Shown one piece after another: positions 46,945 through 54,375 of a stretch of 64,000 bases of DNA (positions are counted from its first letter, which is position 1; each line of letters begins with the position of its first letter). The notes under the pieces are model-generated. The model made no database searches, was not told where the DNA came from, and saw only the letters and a list, made by a program, of their open reading frames with translations. Position numbers and translations under genes: made by a program. Origin of the DNA: a virus; IMG/VR virus record IMGVR_UViG_3300025154_000006, positions 19,469 through 83,468 of that record; one strand, given 5' to 3'.

Positions 46945-47222
46945 TCTATATATCCCTTTTCTCTTGTTGATAATGAAAATCGGCCTCAACAAGAGAGAAG
47001 AAGGTAATATTCACGTATAAATCCAATATTACACATGGATGTCGTTGTGAAACTATGATAAGCAGAAATGTGAGTATGCCAGAAGAGACTTATAAGGTAT
47101 ATGAAGAACACTATGCTTTTTATCGCTCTGTTGGTTATCAAATCTGGTTTGCTGATATTGTTTCACTGGATAGCACAAAAACGCATCCGGAAAGTAATAT
47201 TTATATCTAAAGGAAAATAACT

Positions 47223-47537
47223 ATGTTCAACACAATCAAGAAGTTACTTGGGTTTGAATATGAAATTGACAGTAAGATATTCTGTAAGGCTTTAGTGCAA
47301 TATCCATATAATTCAGATAGTTCTGGTGCTTACTTATCGCACATTACAGCAGTATGGGCTACTTGGAAAGGAAATAGGATTACGGTCCACATCAAAACAC
47401 ATTGTCCGGGTATTTTGATTGGGAAAGCAGGGAGGCAAATTAGTGAGATCAAAGAGCTTATGGAATACATGAGCAAAAACAAAGATCTAAGTATCGATAT
47501 TCAAGAAGAAACTATGTTTAATGGGCTTTATTATTAG
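47223..47537 (+). CDS. type II KH-domain protein (ribosomal S3-like)
   Basis: ITVHIKTHCPGILIGKAGRQISEIK resembles the S3 KH signature PGxxIGxxG. Confidence 0.75.
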   Translation: MFNTIKKLLGFEYEIDSKIFCKALVQYPYNSDSSGAYLSHITAVWATWKGNRITVHIKTHCPGILIGKAGRQISEIKELMEYMSKNKDLSIDIQEETMFNGLYY

Positions 47538-47563
47538 TCCATTGTCATTCAGGAGATTAAACA

Positions 47564-47842
47564 ATGTTACAAGTACCTCAAACAACTCTGTTGCCCGGTC
47601 CATATCCACAGGAATCTGGTTGGTATTGGTTTTATGGTGATCCGTTCTATCCAGAAAGTCATCCAGAACGAAAGGTTGACAATTTGCACATGGTTAGAGT
47701 TCGCAAAATTGCCAATGGTTTTGCTTATATCGCAGACGGTAACCTTTTTGCAAACAAAGCGCCCGGACTTTGGTGTTCCGCTTTTGTTCCTACTGTTTCA
47801 GGCGATATTCGCAGTACAAACGTTGATGGTCATGATATCTAA
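47564..47842 (+). CDS. hypothetical protein
   Basis: AGGAG RBS; PQESGWYW motif. Confidence 0.6.
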   Translation: MLQVPQTTLLPGPYPQESGWYWFYGDPFYPESHPERKVDNLHMVRVRKIANGFAYIADGNLFANKAPGLWCSAFVPTVSGDIRSTNVDGHDI

Positions 47843-48201
47843 AAACTACTCATAAATGTGCAATAAATCAAACAATAAGAGATAAAACAATAAACAAAAG
47901 ACTTGAAAACAAAATTGCCAAATTGTTTTTTGACGATCAGCAATTATATCTTAAGGTAATGTCAAGATATTTTTTGCTTGTTGAGAATCAACGAAAAGAA
48001 CTTGTTATAAAATGCAATAAATTGGCTTATGGTTGGGCTTGGGATATTGACAATAAAAAGTATAAGCCAGACCTGGAACACAGCGCTGATTACCTAAGAG
48101 CGCTTGCCGAAGAGTTGTACGGTACAGAATTTGGTGATCGGCTATTTGCCATTCTTGAGAAGAATAAAAGTGAATAGTTCGCAATGCGAACAAATTGCCT
48201 A

Positions 48202-48230
48202 TTGACTTCTCTTGTGAAAAAATATATACT
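48202..48230 (+). promoter_or_regulatory. sigma70-type promoter
   Basis: TTGACT-17 nt-TATACT, 10 nt downstream of a palindrome copy. Confidence 0.75.
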
Positions 48231-48251
48231 AAGGATATAGGAGAATAAAAC

Positions 48252-48641
48252 ATGATTGAAGAGTTTATAACCTTGGCTAATCCGTTTTCGTCTGAAAATA
48301 TTTCCAGCCCACAAAAATGTTGGGTTTACATTGCAAGTCCCTATTCTATTGGTAATAAGCTAGAGAATGTTCTGGATCAGTTTCGGGCTTCTGATGAACT
48401 TTTACATTTGGGTTTTCATCCAGTTCCTCCGCTTTGGACCCACTTCTGGGACGAGGTAAGTCCCAAACGTTATGAAGCGTGGATGGAATATGATGAGCAA
48501 ACTATCAAAAGATGTGATTGTCTACTTCGTTTACCAGGAGAAAGCGCTGGAGCAGATCAGGAAGTAGAATTTGCATTGAAGATTGGTGTTCCAGTCTTTT
48601 ATTCTATTCAAGAGGTTGTAAACTATAGCTATCATGGTTAA
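48252..48641 (+). CDS. nucleoside deoxyribosyltransferase-like (DUF4406/DUF1937-like) protein
   Basis: VYIASPYS...CDCLLRLPGESAGADQEVEFA..G.PV. Confidence 0.8.
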   Translation: MIEEFITLANPFSSENISSPQKCWVYIASPYSIGNKLENVLDQFRASDELLHLGFHPVPPLWTHFWDEVSPKRYEAWMEYDEQTIKRCDCLLRLPGESAGADQEVEFALKIGVPVFYSIQEVVNYSYHG

Positions 48642-48939
48642 AAGAGCAAAATGGTATGTTGATTTTATTCGTAAAGAACCTAATGAGCAAACAATGCTAA
48701 AGGTAGCGCGTTTACTTATAGACGAATGTAGCGAACTTATGAAAGCGCGCACCAAGAAAACCAATGTCGCTGCAATTGCCATTTTGGATGCACAAGATCA
48801 GAAATGGCGCCTTATATGCCAACGATTGCCAGAATTCAAATTGCGCACTAATGGTTTTAGAATAATGGTACTTGCTACATTTTCTAACTTGATACCATAT
48901 TTGGCACACTGGAAAGAAGCACAGACAAAAGGAGAATAA
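48634..48939 (+). CDS. hypothetical protein
   Basis: operon-packed ORF. Confidence 0.55.
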   Translation: MVKRAKWYVDFIRKEPNEQTMLKVARLLIDECSELMKARTKKTNVAAIAILDAQDQKWRLICQRLPEFKLRTNGFRIMVLATFSNLIPYLAHWKEAQTKGE

Positions 48940-48940
48940 A

Positions 48941-49159
48941 ATGAGATGTGCTTATTGTGGAAGTAATAAACATACCATTAAGAATTGTCCAAAAACGTGG
49001 TCTGGATCAGTTAATCATTTCCACATGCGCTGTGCTTATTGTGGAGCGAAAGACCACGAAATTGAAGCTTGTTATAAAACATGGTCTGGTAATGCAGCGC
49101 GTGCACGGAACCCCAAAAGCGTTGCAGACCATTTCGTTCTTGATAAAGAAAAGAAATAG
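48941..49159 (+). CDS. double CCHC zinc-knuckle protein
   Basis: CAYCGSNKHTIKNC and CAYCGAKDHEIEAC (C-x2-C-x4-H-x4-C twice). Confidence 0.8.
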   Translation: MRCAYCGSNKHTIKNCPKTWSGSVNHFHMRCAYCGAKDHEIEACYKTWSGNAARARNPKSVADHFVLDKEKK

Positions 49160-49170
49160 GAGAGATCATA

Positions 49171-49524
49171 ATGGATACCATTGTCATACTCACAAAACAA
49201 GCAGTTGATACCATGGATCTGAAAGTACTGGATCTAAAAAACATTAAAGATCATGCTGATGCTATTGAAAAATGTAATGCAATTCTGCCACAACTTGAGG
49301 GCAAAGTGGCAATCTGGCTCGATCCCGAACCGCTCTATATTGGCATTGCTCTAATGATTACAACTTGGTTATTACACCAGGTTCGTAGTGCGAACTGGTT
49401 TGTAACACAAAAAGAAGTAGGATGGCCAATGAAAGACTTCTTTGATGCTGGAAATGATTATTTGAAAGGAGAGAATACTCAAGAAGTTTTAAGTCCGCTA
49501 GGCGCAATTAATATTAGTTGCTAG
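49171..49524 (+). CDS. hypothetical protein
   Basis: AGGAG RBS. Confidence 0.55.
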   Translation: MDTIVILTKQAVDTMDLKVLDLKNIKDHADAIEKCNAILPQLEGKVAIWLDPEPLYIGIALMITTWLLHQVRSANWFVTQKEVGWPMKDFFDAGNDYLKGENTQEVLSPLGAINISC

Positions 49525-49570
49525 TTATGTCCTAATCACAAACTCTAATTATCTCTAAAGGAGATTTCAA

Positions 49571-50035
49571 ATGGCTACTCACAAGCAAAATACGTCCCAG
49601 TACAAAGCATATTCAACCAAGCACAATCTGTCTCTGATCAAAGTTTGTACTGAACCTGCTTCAAGATTCTTAAATAATGGAACTCAAGTTGCGTCTTTCT
49701 CTACCGTGATGATCGATGCTTATCAGGTTGAGGGTCAACTACAGATGGTTAATGAGACCTGGGTCCGCATTTCCGCTTTTGGTAAACAGGCCGAATCCAT
49801 TGCTCGTCTTCAAAAGGGCGAGTTTGTTCTTCTGGAACTCAGGGGTCATCCTATTATGGACACCTGGACTAAAGAAGATGGTACAACTGGCGTTTCTTTG
49901 ACACAAAAGTTCAACGGTTTCCCACAACGCGTTACTTTGGTAAAGTCAGATACTGCCTCTGTAGTTGAACAGGAACATCAAATTACGGAAGATCTTGCTT
50001 CCGCCATGCCTGCCGAATCGGATATTCCGTTTTAG
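49571..50035 (+). CDS. ssb: single-stranded DNA-binding protein
   Basis: ETWVRISAFGKQAE..LQKG OB-fold pattern; acidic tail ending DIPF. Confidence 0.85.
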   Translation: MATHKQNTSQYKAYSTKHNLSLIKVCTEPASRFLNNGTQVASFSTVMIDAYQVEGQLQMVNETWVRISAFGKQAESIARLQKGEFVLLELRGHPIMDTWTKEDGTTGVSLTQKFNGFPQRVTLVKSDTASVVEQEHQITEDLASAMPAESDIPF

Positions 50036-50054
50036 TGTTATTTCATGATACAAT

Positions 50055-50087
50055 TCTTGGGAAGTAGAGAGATTCTACTTCCCAAGA
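50055..50087. terminator. 14-bp perfect hairpin after ssb
   Basis: TCTTGGGAAGTAGA/TCTACTTCCCAAGA. Confidence 0.6.
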
Positions 50088-50166
50088 TAATACCATACAG
50101 GAGATACCATGGATTTTATGCGGTTTCAGGGTTTGTTCGATTAGTTTTGGTGTGATCTCTGCCATA

Positions 50167-50194
50167 TTGACATATTATCATAAAGCAGTAAAAT
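50167..50194 (+). promoter_or_regulatory. promoter upstream of the cassette array (Pc-like)
   Basis: TTGACA-16 nt-TAAAAT pointing into the array. Confidence 0.65.
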
Positions 50195-50271
50195 CGAGGT
50201 TAGGCTAATAGCCGTTAGTATATCAATATGTTAGCCCGCTCTGGCTGTTCAAATGGCAAAAGGAAAATATC

Positions 50272-50454
50272 ATGTCTCAAACCGCAAGTGAAGTTTTCGA
50301 GCAAGCAATGGATGCCGAATTTACCGATGGTAATTTGGCGGAAGCAATCACCCTGTATGAAGCCGCCGCGCAGTTGTACATCGAGCAGGGTTCACCCGCA
50401 GACGCGGAAGTCTGTCAGCACATGGCAGAAATCGTAAACGAGAAAGCTGGCTAA
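50272..50454 (+). CDS. cassette 1, small acidic helical protein
   Basis: AAGGA RBS; stop TAA lies within the GGCTAAC core. Confidence 0.7.
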   Translation: MSQTASEVFEQAMDAEFTDGNLAEAITLYEAAAQLYIEQGSPADAEVCQHMAEIVNEKAG

Positions 50455-50560
50455 CGGCTTGCGTGAGCGGCTTTACGCCAGCACAGAACCTTGTAAATTT
50501 ATGACGACGGCGGGCAAAATGCCTATGCCTTCAAATAGTCCGCTCCACGCTTTGTTGGGC
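50449..50560 (+). repeat. attC-like site 1
   Basis: GGCTAAC...GTTGGGC with internal inverted arms (GCGTGAGCGG/CCGCTCCACGC). Confidence 0.8.
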
Positions 50561-50590
50561 GTATACTTGGCAAAAAAGGAGCGTGAAAAA

Positions 50591-50797
50591 ATGAAATGTG
50601 CGATATGCGGTGACGAAGTTGATACAGAAAATCCGTTTATGACAGGCGGGGTTTATGGGAAAAACCCAATCACCTGGCGCATGGCATGGATGCACGGATA
50701 TTGTCTGGAAAACGCAATTGACGATACAAAAACTCAACCCGCGAAATCTATCCAGTTTGAAAATCGCCACGATGAATATGTTTTCGCCGTCCAGTAA
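50591..50797 (+). CDS. cassette 2, small zinc-finger protein
   Basis: CAIC...HGYC; AAGGAG RBS. Confidence 0.7.
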   Translation: MKCAICGDEVDTENPFMTGGVYGKNPITWRMAWMHGYCLENAIDDTKTQPAKSIQFENRHDEYVFAVQ

Positions 50798-50800
50798 AAC

Positions 50801-50897
50801 GCCCAACAATGCGTGCACTGGACAATTGGCGGGCGCGGGCAAAGCGGACGGTGAATCTACACCCTCCGCCAATTGCCAGTAACGCTTGCCGTTAGGC
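50801..50897 (+). repeat. attC-like site 2
   Basis: GCCCAAC...AATTGGCGG/CCGCCAATT...GTTAGGC. Confidence 0.85.
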
Positions 50898-50906
50898 TTC
50901 TTACTT

Positions 50907-52076
50907 ATGTCAGCAAAAATACTCGAAGGCAATGTCCTTGAAACCCTGAAAGACCTGCCTGCCTGCTCGGTTCAGTGCGTGGTAACTAGCCCGCCTTACT
51001 ACGGCTTGCGCGATTATGGCGTTGAAGGGCAAATAGGTTTAGAGCCTTCCCCCGAAGCCTATGTTGAACAACTTGTAAAAGTTTTCCGTGAAGTGTGGCG
51101 AGTACTAAAAGATGATGGTACTTTGTGGCTCAATCTTGGTGATAGTTATTGGGGCGGCAAAGGTCAATCATCACAGGCTTGATCTACCGAACACCAAGAC
51201 CGCAACACCTTACAAAAGGCACAGCATCAAATAACTGGCAAAGGTGAAACACGTCCCACAGATGGCAAGCATCCAGTTATCAAAGCCAAAGACCTTATCG
51301 GCATCCCCTGGATGGTCGCCTTTGCTTTACGGGCTGATGGTTGGTATCTGCGCTCCGAGATAATTTGGGCAAAGCCTAATCCTATGCCTGAGAGCATGAA
51401 GGATAGACCAACAAAAAGCCATGAGCAAATATTTCTTTTCTCAAAGTCGCCTGATTATTTCTATAACTACGAAGCGATTTTAGAGCCTGCAAATTATGAC
51501 GGGCGAAAAGATACCGTAATGAAAGGCAGTAAGAAATATAAAGATGGTTCTTATCTTGCGAACGGAAACGCAAACAGCCTATCGGTCAAAGGGTGTGAGC
51601 GTTGGCGTTTCAAGAATTTACAGGAAGATGGTCAGCAACCCAACACAATCCACGAAAGACGCGCCGCAGGCTTGAAAGATGAAGTCTATGCCGTCAGAAA
51701 TAAAAGGGATGTTTGGACAGTCAGCACAAAATCTTATAGTGGCGCACATTTCGCCACATTCCCAACAGAATTGATTGAGCCTTGCATTTTAGCAGGCACA
51801 AAGGAAGGTGATACCGTGCTTGATCCGTTCAATGGTTCAGGCACAACAGGCGAAGTATCCATCAAACATCATAGGCTTTATGTCGGTTGTGAGTTGAATC
51901 CGAAGTATGTAAAACTCACACACCGCAGGCTGTCCCAAGTCCAACCCGTCTTAATGCAAGAACGAAGCCTAACACCGCTTGCACTGAACGGGGCTAAGGC
52001 TCCCGATTTCCAGCATTCATTCCCTGCTGATGTACTGGTAGGCGAAGGCGCATTGCCTAAGCCGCCCCGCCAGTAA
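50907..52076 (+). pseudogene. cassette 3, beta-class N4-C/N6-A DNA methyltransferase with one in-frame TGA
   Basis: VTSPPYY and LDPFNGSGTT motifs; both halves are in the same frame, separated only by TGA at 51180..51182. Confidence 0.8.
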
Positions 52077-52091
52077 AGCGAACCGTTAGCC
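51967..52091 (+). repeat. attC-like site 3
   Basis: GCCTAAC...GTTAGCC with inverted arms. Confidence 0.85.
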
Positions 52092-52119
52092 AGCCCTTTT
52101 GCTGGCGGAAAGGTCTCTT

Positions 52120-52350
52120 ATGTCACAAAGCGATTTTTATTCGGGTTTTGTGCCGCCCGAAGATTGGCTTCCTGGTAGCCCAAAACGGGATGTTCCTGTT
52201 CCGCAAGGCTCGCCCGCGTGGCCGTTCGGATGGAATCAAGAGCGAGTAGACAGAGCAAATGCTTGGGAAAACATAAAACTATTTCTGATTCTCGGTTTTG
52301 TTTTCGTTCTTGTAATTGCCTGTCCATCATTGCTGTGGATGGCTGGCTAA
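52120..52350 (+). CDS. cassette 4, small membrane protein
   Basis: C-terminal TM; stop within GGCTAAC. Confidence 0.65.
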   Translation: MSQSDFYSGFVPPEDWLPGSPKRDVPVPQGSPAWPFGWNQERVDRANAWENIKLFLILGFVFVLVIACPSLLWMAG

Positions 52351-52441
52351 CCTTGCGTGGTGTCGGCCAGGTGGTGGGTTTCGCGGCGCGGACAGTTTTT
52401 CCAACCCCGCCACCACCTGCTGCACACGCTAGACATTAGAC
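52345..52441 (+). repeat. attC-like site 4 (right core ATTAGAC)
   Basis: GGCTAAC...CAGGTGGTGG/CCACCACCTG...ATTAGAC. Confidence 0.75.
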
Positions 52442-52461
52442 TCCTTCGTGAGGAAAATAAA

Positions 52462-52623
52462 ATGAACGAAAATGAATGGATTAAGCAAGCAGAAGAATAT
52501 GAACGCATGGCACAAAAAGCATACGATGAAGGTGATGAAGTCGCTGGTGAATTGTGGGAACGTAAAGCACAATCATGTCGCTATGCCGCTTGTAATGCTC
52601 CCGTTGAAAGTGGCGGGGTCTAA
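52462..52623 (+). CDS. cassette 5, small acidic protein
   Basis: GAGGA RBS; stop within GTCTAAC. Confidence 0.65.
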   Translation: MNENEWIKQAEEYERMAQKAYDEGDEVAGELWERKAQSCRYAACNAPVESGGV

Positions 52624-52659
52624 CAATATGTTCGGCGGCACGTCCGCAAAGGGAGTTTT

Positions 52660-52896
52660 ATGAATGCTCTAAAACTAGCAATCCTGTTTCACGAAACGTA
52701 TGAGCGTCTCGCTTCATCGTTTGGTTACGAGACAAGAGACGATACTAAAAAGTTTGACGAGACTTCTAAAAATGGTAGGCTCATGGTGGCTGTGTGTGGC
52801 GAAATTTTGGCGCACCTAACACGGCGTTCGCCTGACCAGAAGCGGGCTGGCCGAAAATCCAAGCGTTTATCTGCTCCCGCCGCTTCTGGCAGGTAA
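52660..52896 (+). CDS. cassette 6, hypothetical protein
   Basis: GGGAG RBS; FHETYERLA..FGYETR; reads into the attC-like site. Confidence 0.65.
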   Translation: MNALKLAILFHETYERLASSFGYETRDDTKKFDETSKNGRLMVAVCGEILAHLTRRSPDQKRAGRKSKRLSAPAASGR

Positions 52897-52911
52897 CGCA
52901 AACCGTTAGCC
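52814..52911 (+). repeat. attC-like site 6
   Basis: ACCTAAC...CCAGAAGCGG/CCGCTTCTGG...GTTAGCC. Confidence 0.8.
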
Positions 52912-52935
52912 CCCTATTTTATAAAGGAGTAAGCC

Positions 52936-53187
52936 ATGCCTGAATATCCTAAAAAACAAAAATACGAATCCCACAAATTGCATGCTTCACAAACGATAGA
53001 TGTATCCTTTATTTGTTTGCGTGCTGGTGAATTTGTCCATATTGACGCAAACGGTAAAGCGGTTGAAATCAAAATGGACAACGAAGGAAACGTTGGAGTC
53101 TGTGTATCAGAAGGCGTGGTAGTTGCTACGTTTGCTGAAATATACGGGGGCCAACATTATATTGGGCTTCTGAGCAGAGGTGAATGA
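52936..53187 (+). CDS. cassette 7, hypothetical protein
   Basis: AAGGAG RBS; reads through the short site at 53149..53167. Confidence 0.65.
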   Translation: MPEYPKKQKYESHKLHASQTIDVSFICLRAGEFVHIDANGKAVEIKMDNEGNVGVCVSEGVVVATFAEIYGGQHYIGLLSRGE

Positions 53188-53396
53188 TGGCAGAAAAACA
53201 AATCGTTTGTGATAGTTGCGATGAACAATGGGAGAGGTCATTCTTCTGTGAAATCTGTTCGCATGGTGGTCATCACGAAATGCGAGAAGTCCCAAATATT
53301 ATGTGGGATGGATTGCCCGGTGAAGAGTATTACTGGGAAGAAGAATGGATTGATAACGGTGATATTTGCATGAATTGTTGCAATGGCCATCCATGA
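53184..53396 (+). CDS. cassette 8, Cys-rich protein
   Basis: CDSC, CEIC, CMNCC. Confidence 0.65.
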   Translation: MMAEKQIVCDSCDEQWERSFFCEICSHGGHHEMREVPNIMWDGLPGEEYYWEEEWIDNGDICMNCCNGHP

Positions 53397-53397
53397 A

Positions 53398-53525
53398 GCC
53401 CAACAAAACATGTACCTGACGTGGTGGAGTCTACGGCTTCGGTCGGCATTTTCCCGCCTCAGAAGTATCAGCATCAGAAGCGGATTCTACTCCTGCCATC
53501 ATGCGGGTAATGTAAGCCGTTCTAT
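53398..53525 (+). repeat. attC-like site 8
   Basis: GCCCAAC...GCCGTTCTAT, with arms resembling sites 2, 3 and 6 but more degenerate. Confidence 0.7.
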
Positions 53526-53537
53526 TGTAATAAATTG

Positions 53538-54086
53538 TTAGCTATCTATTGTTTTTCCCTCAATGATTTCTGTTTGATCTTCTTGTTCTATAGTAACTAT
53601 GCGTTTCGTTTCTACCATTGTGAGTTTTGCCCCTTTAACGGTTGCTAGAATTTCCATTGCTTTTGCGTCATTGGTTTTGTCCGATGGCTTTTCGTCCACC
53701 GGTTCTTTAATAACAGGATAGATAAAGTCCATGGTCTTTCCTAAATGCGCATCTATTTTGAGAAGGCTTGCAATATACTTATCTCGATCAAGTATACCAG
53801 CAGAAAGAGACGTTCGTATTTCTTCCGCTTCGTTTAAAAGTGTTTCAACATTCTTGCGTCTACTTTCTGTAATTCCGTCAATCAAAGACGAAAAAGAAGT
53901 ACGGATTGCAGATTGAATAGTACGAATTAACTCAGGAGATTGCGCAACATATCTATCGAAAGTCCAGAGATCAATGCCTACCTCTGCGCAAGCATCCTTC
54001 TTATTCTTACCCGAGAATAGGAGATCCATAACTTTCAAGATTTTTTCTTCCCGGACAACTTCTGTAATTGCATTTGTTTTTGTCAT
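53538..54086 (-). CDS. N-terminal HTH protein, possibly terminase small subunit
   Basis: KKDACAEVGIDLWTFDRY HTH followed by helices and a beta tail; lone minus-strand gene in the right arm; start at 54086 inferred. Confidence 0.55.
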   Translation of the reverse strand: MTKTNAITEVVREEKILKVMDLLFSGKNKKDACAEVGIDLWTFDRYVAQSPELIRTIQSAIRTSFSSLIDGITESRRKNVETLLNEAEEIRTSLSAGILDRDKYIASLLKIDAHLGKTMDFIYPVIKEPVDEKPSDKTNDAKAMEILATVKGAKLTMVETKRIVTIEQEDQTEIIEGKTIDS

Positions 54087-54135
54087 TTTGGTATTATAAT
54101 CTAAAAATGTTCGCAATGCGAACCTAGGAGACAAA

Positions 54136-54375
54136 ATGAAAGAATATATTCTTAGAACCACTGGCGGCGAGGCTGCATGTTTTTTGTCAAAAGAACACGC
54201 AGATAGACTAAAACAAATTGTTAATGGTAAATACATTGAAAAAACATTTTTCCAAACCGGAAAACAAACAGTTTTCGTTTTTAAAGTTAACATGGTTTGG
54301 AAATTAGTAATCGGCATCGAAATTCCTATCTATAAAGAATACTATATCCAAGAGGTCCAAGAGAGCGATCTATGA
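54136..54375 (+). CDS. hypothetical protein
   Basis: AGGAG RBS; TATAAT at 54095..54100 upstream. Confidence 0.55.
   Translation: MKEYILRTTGGEAACFLSKEHADRLKQIVNGKYIEKTFFQTGKQTVFVFKVNMVWKLVIGIEIPIYKEYYIQEVQESDL

Larger units (their letters stand above)
50230..53525 (+). mobile_element. integron-like array of 8 gene cassettes (no integrase in window)
   Basis: six long imperfect-palindromic AAC...GTT sites and two 19-bp short sites separate co-oriented ORFs; each cassette's left core is complementary to its own right core. Confidence 0.8.

Noticed and set aside
50886-52076. Genome-wide TGA recoding or selenocysteine
   Set aside because: Many other genes end in TGA with normal coupling to the next gene; only one interrupted gene was seen, and the position is not a catalytic Cys.
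53538-54317. 259-aa version of the HTH gene
   Set aside because: The extension overlaps a plus-strand gene with a good RBS; a start at 54086 is more plausible.
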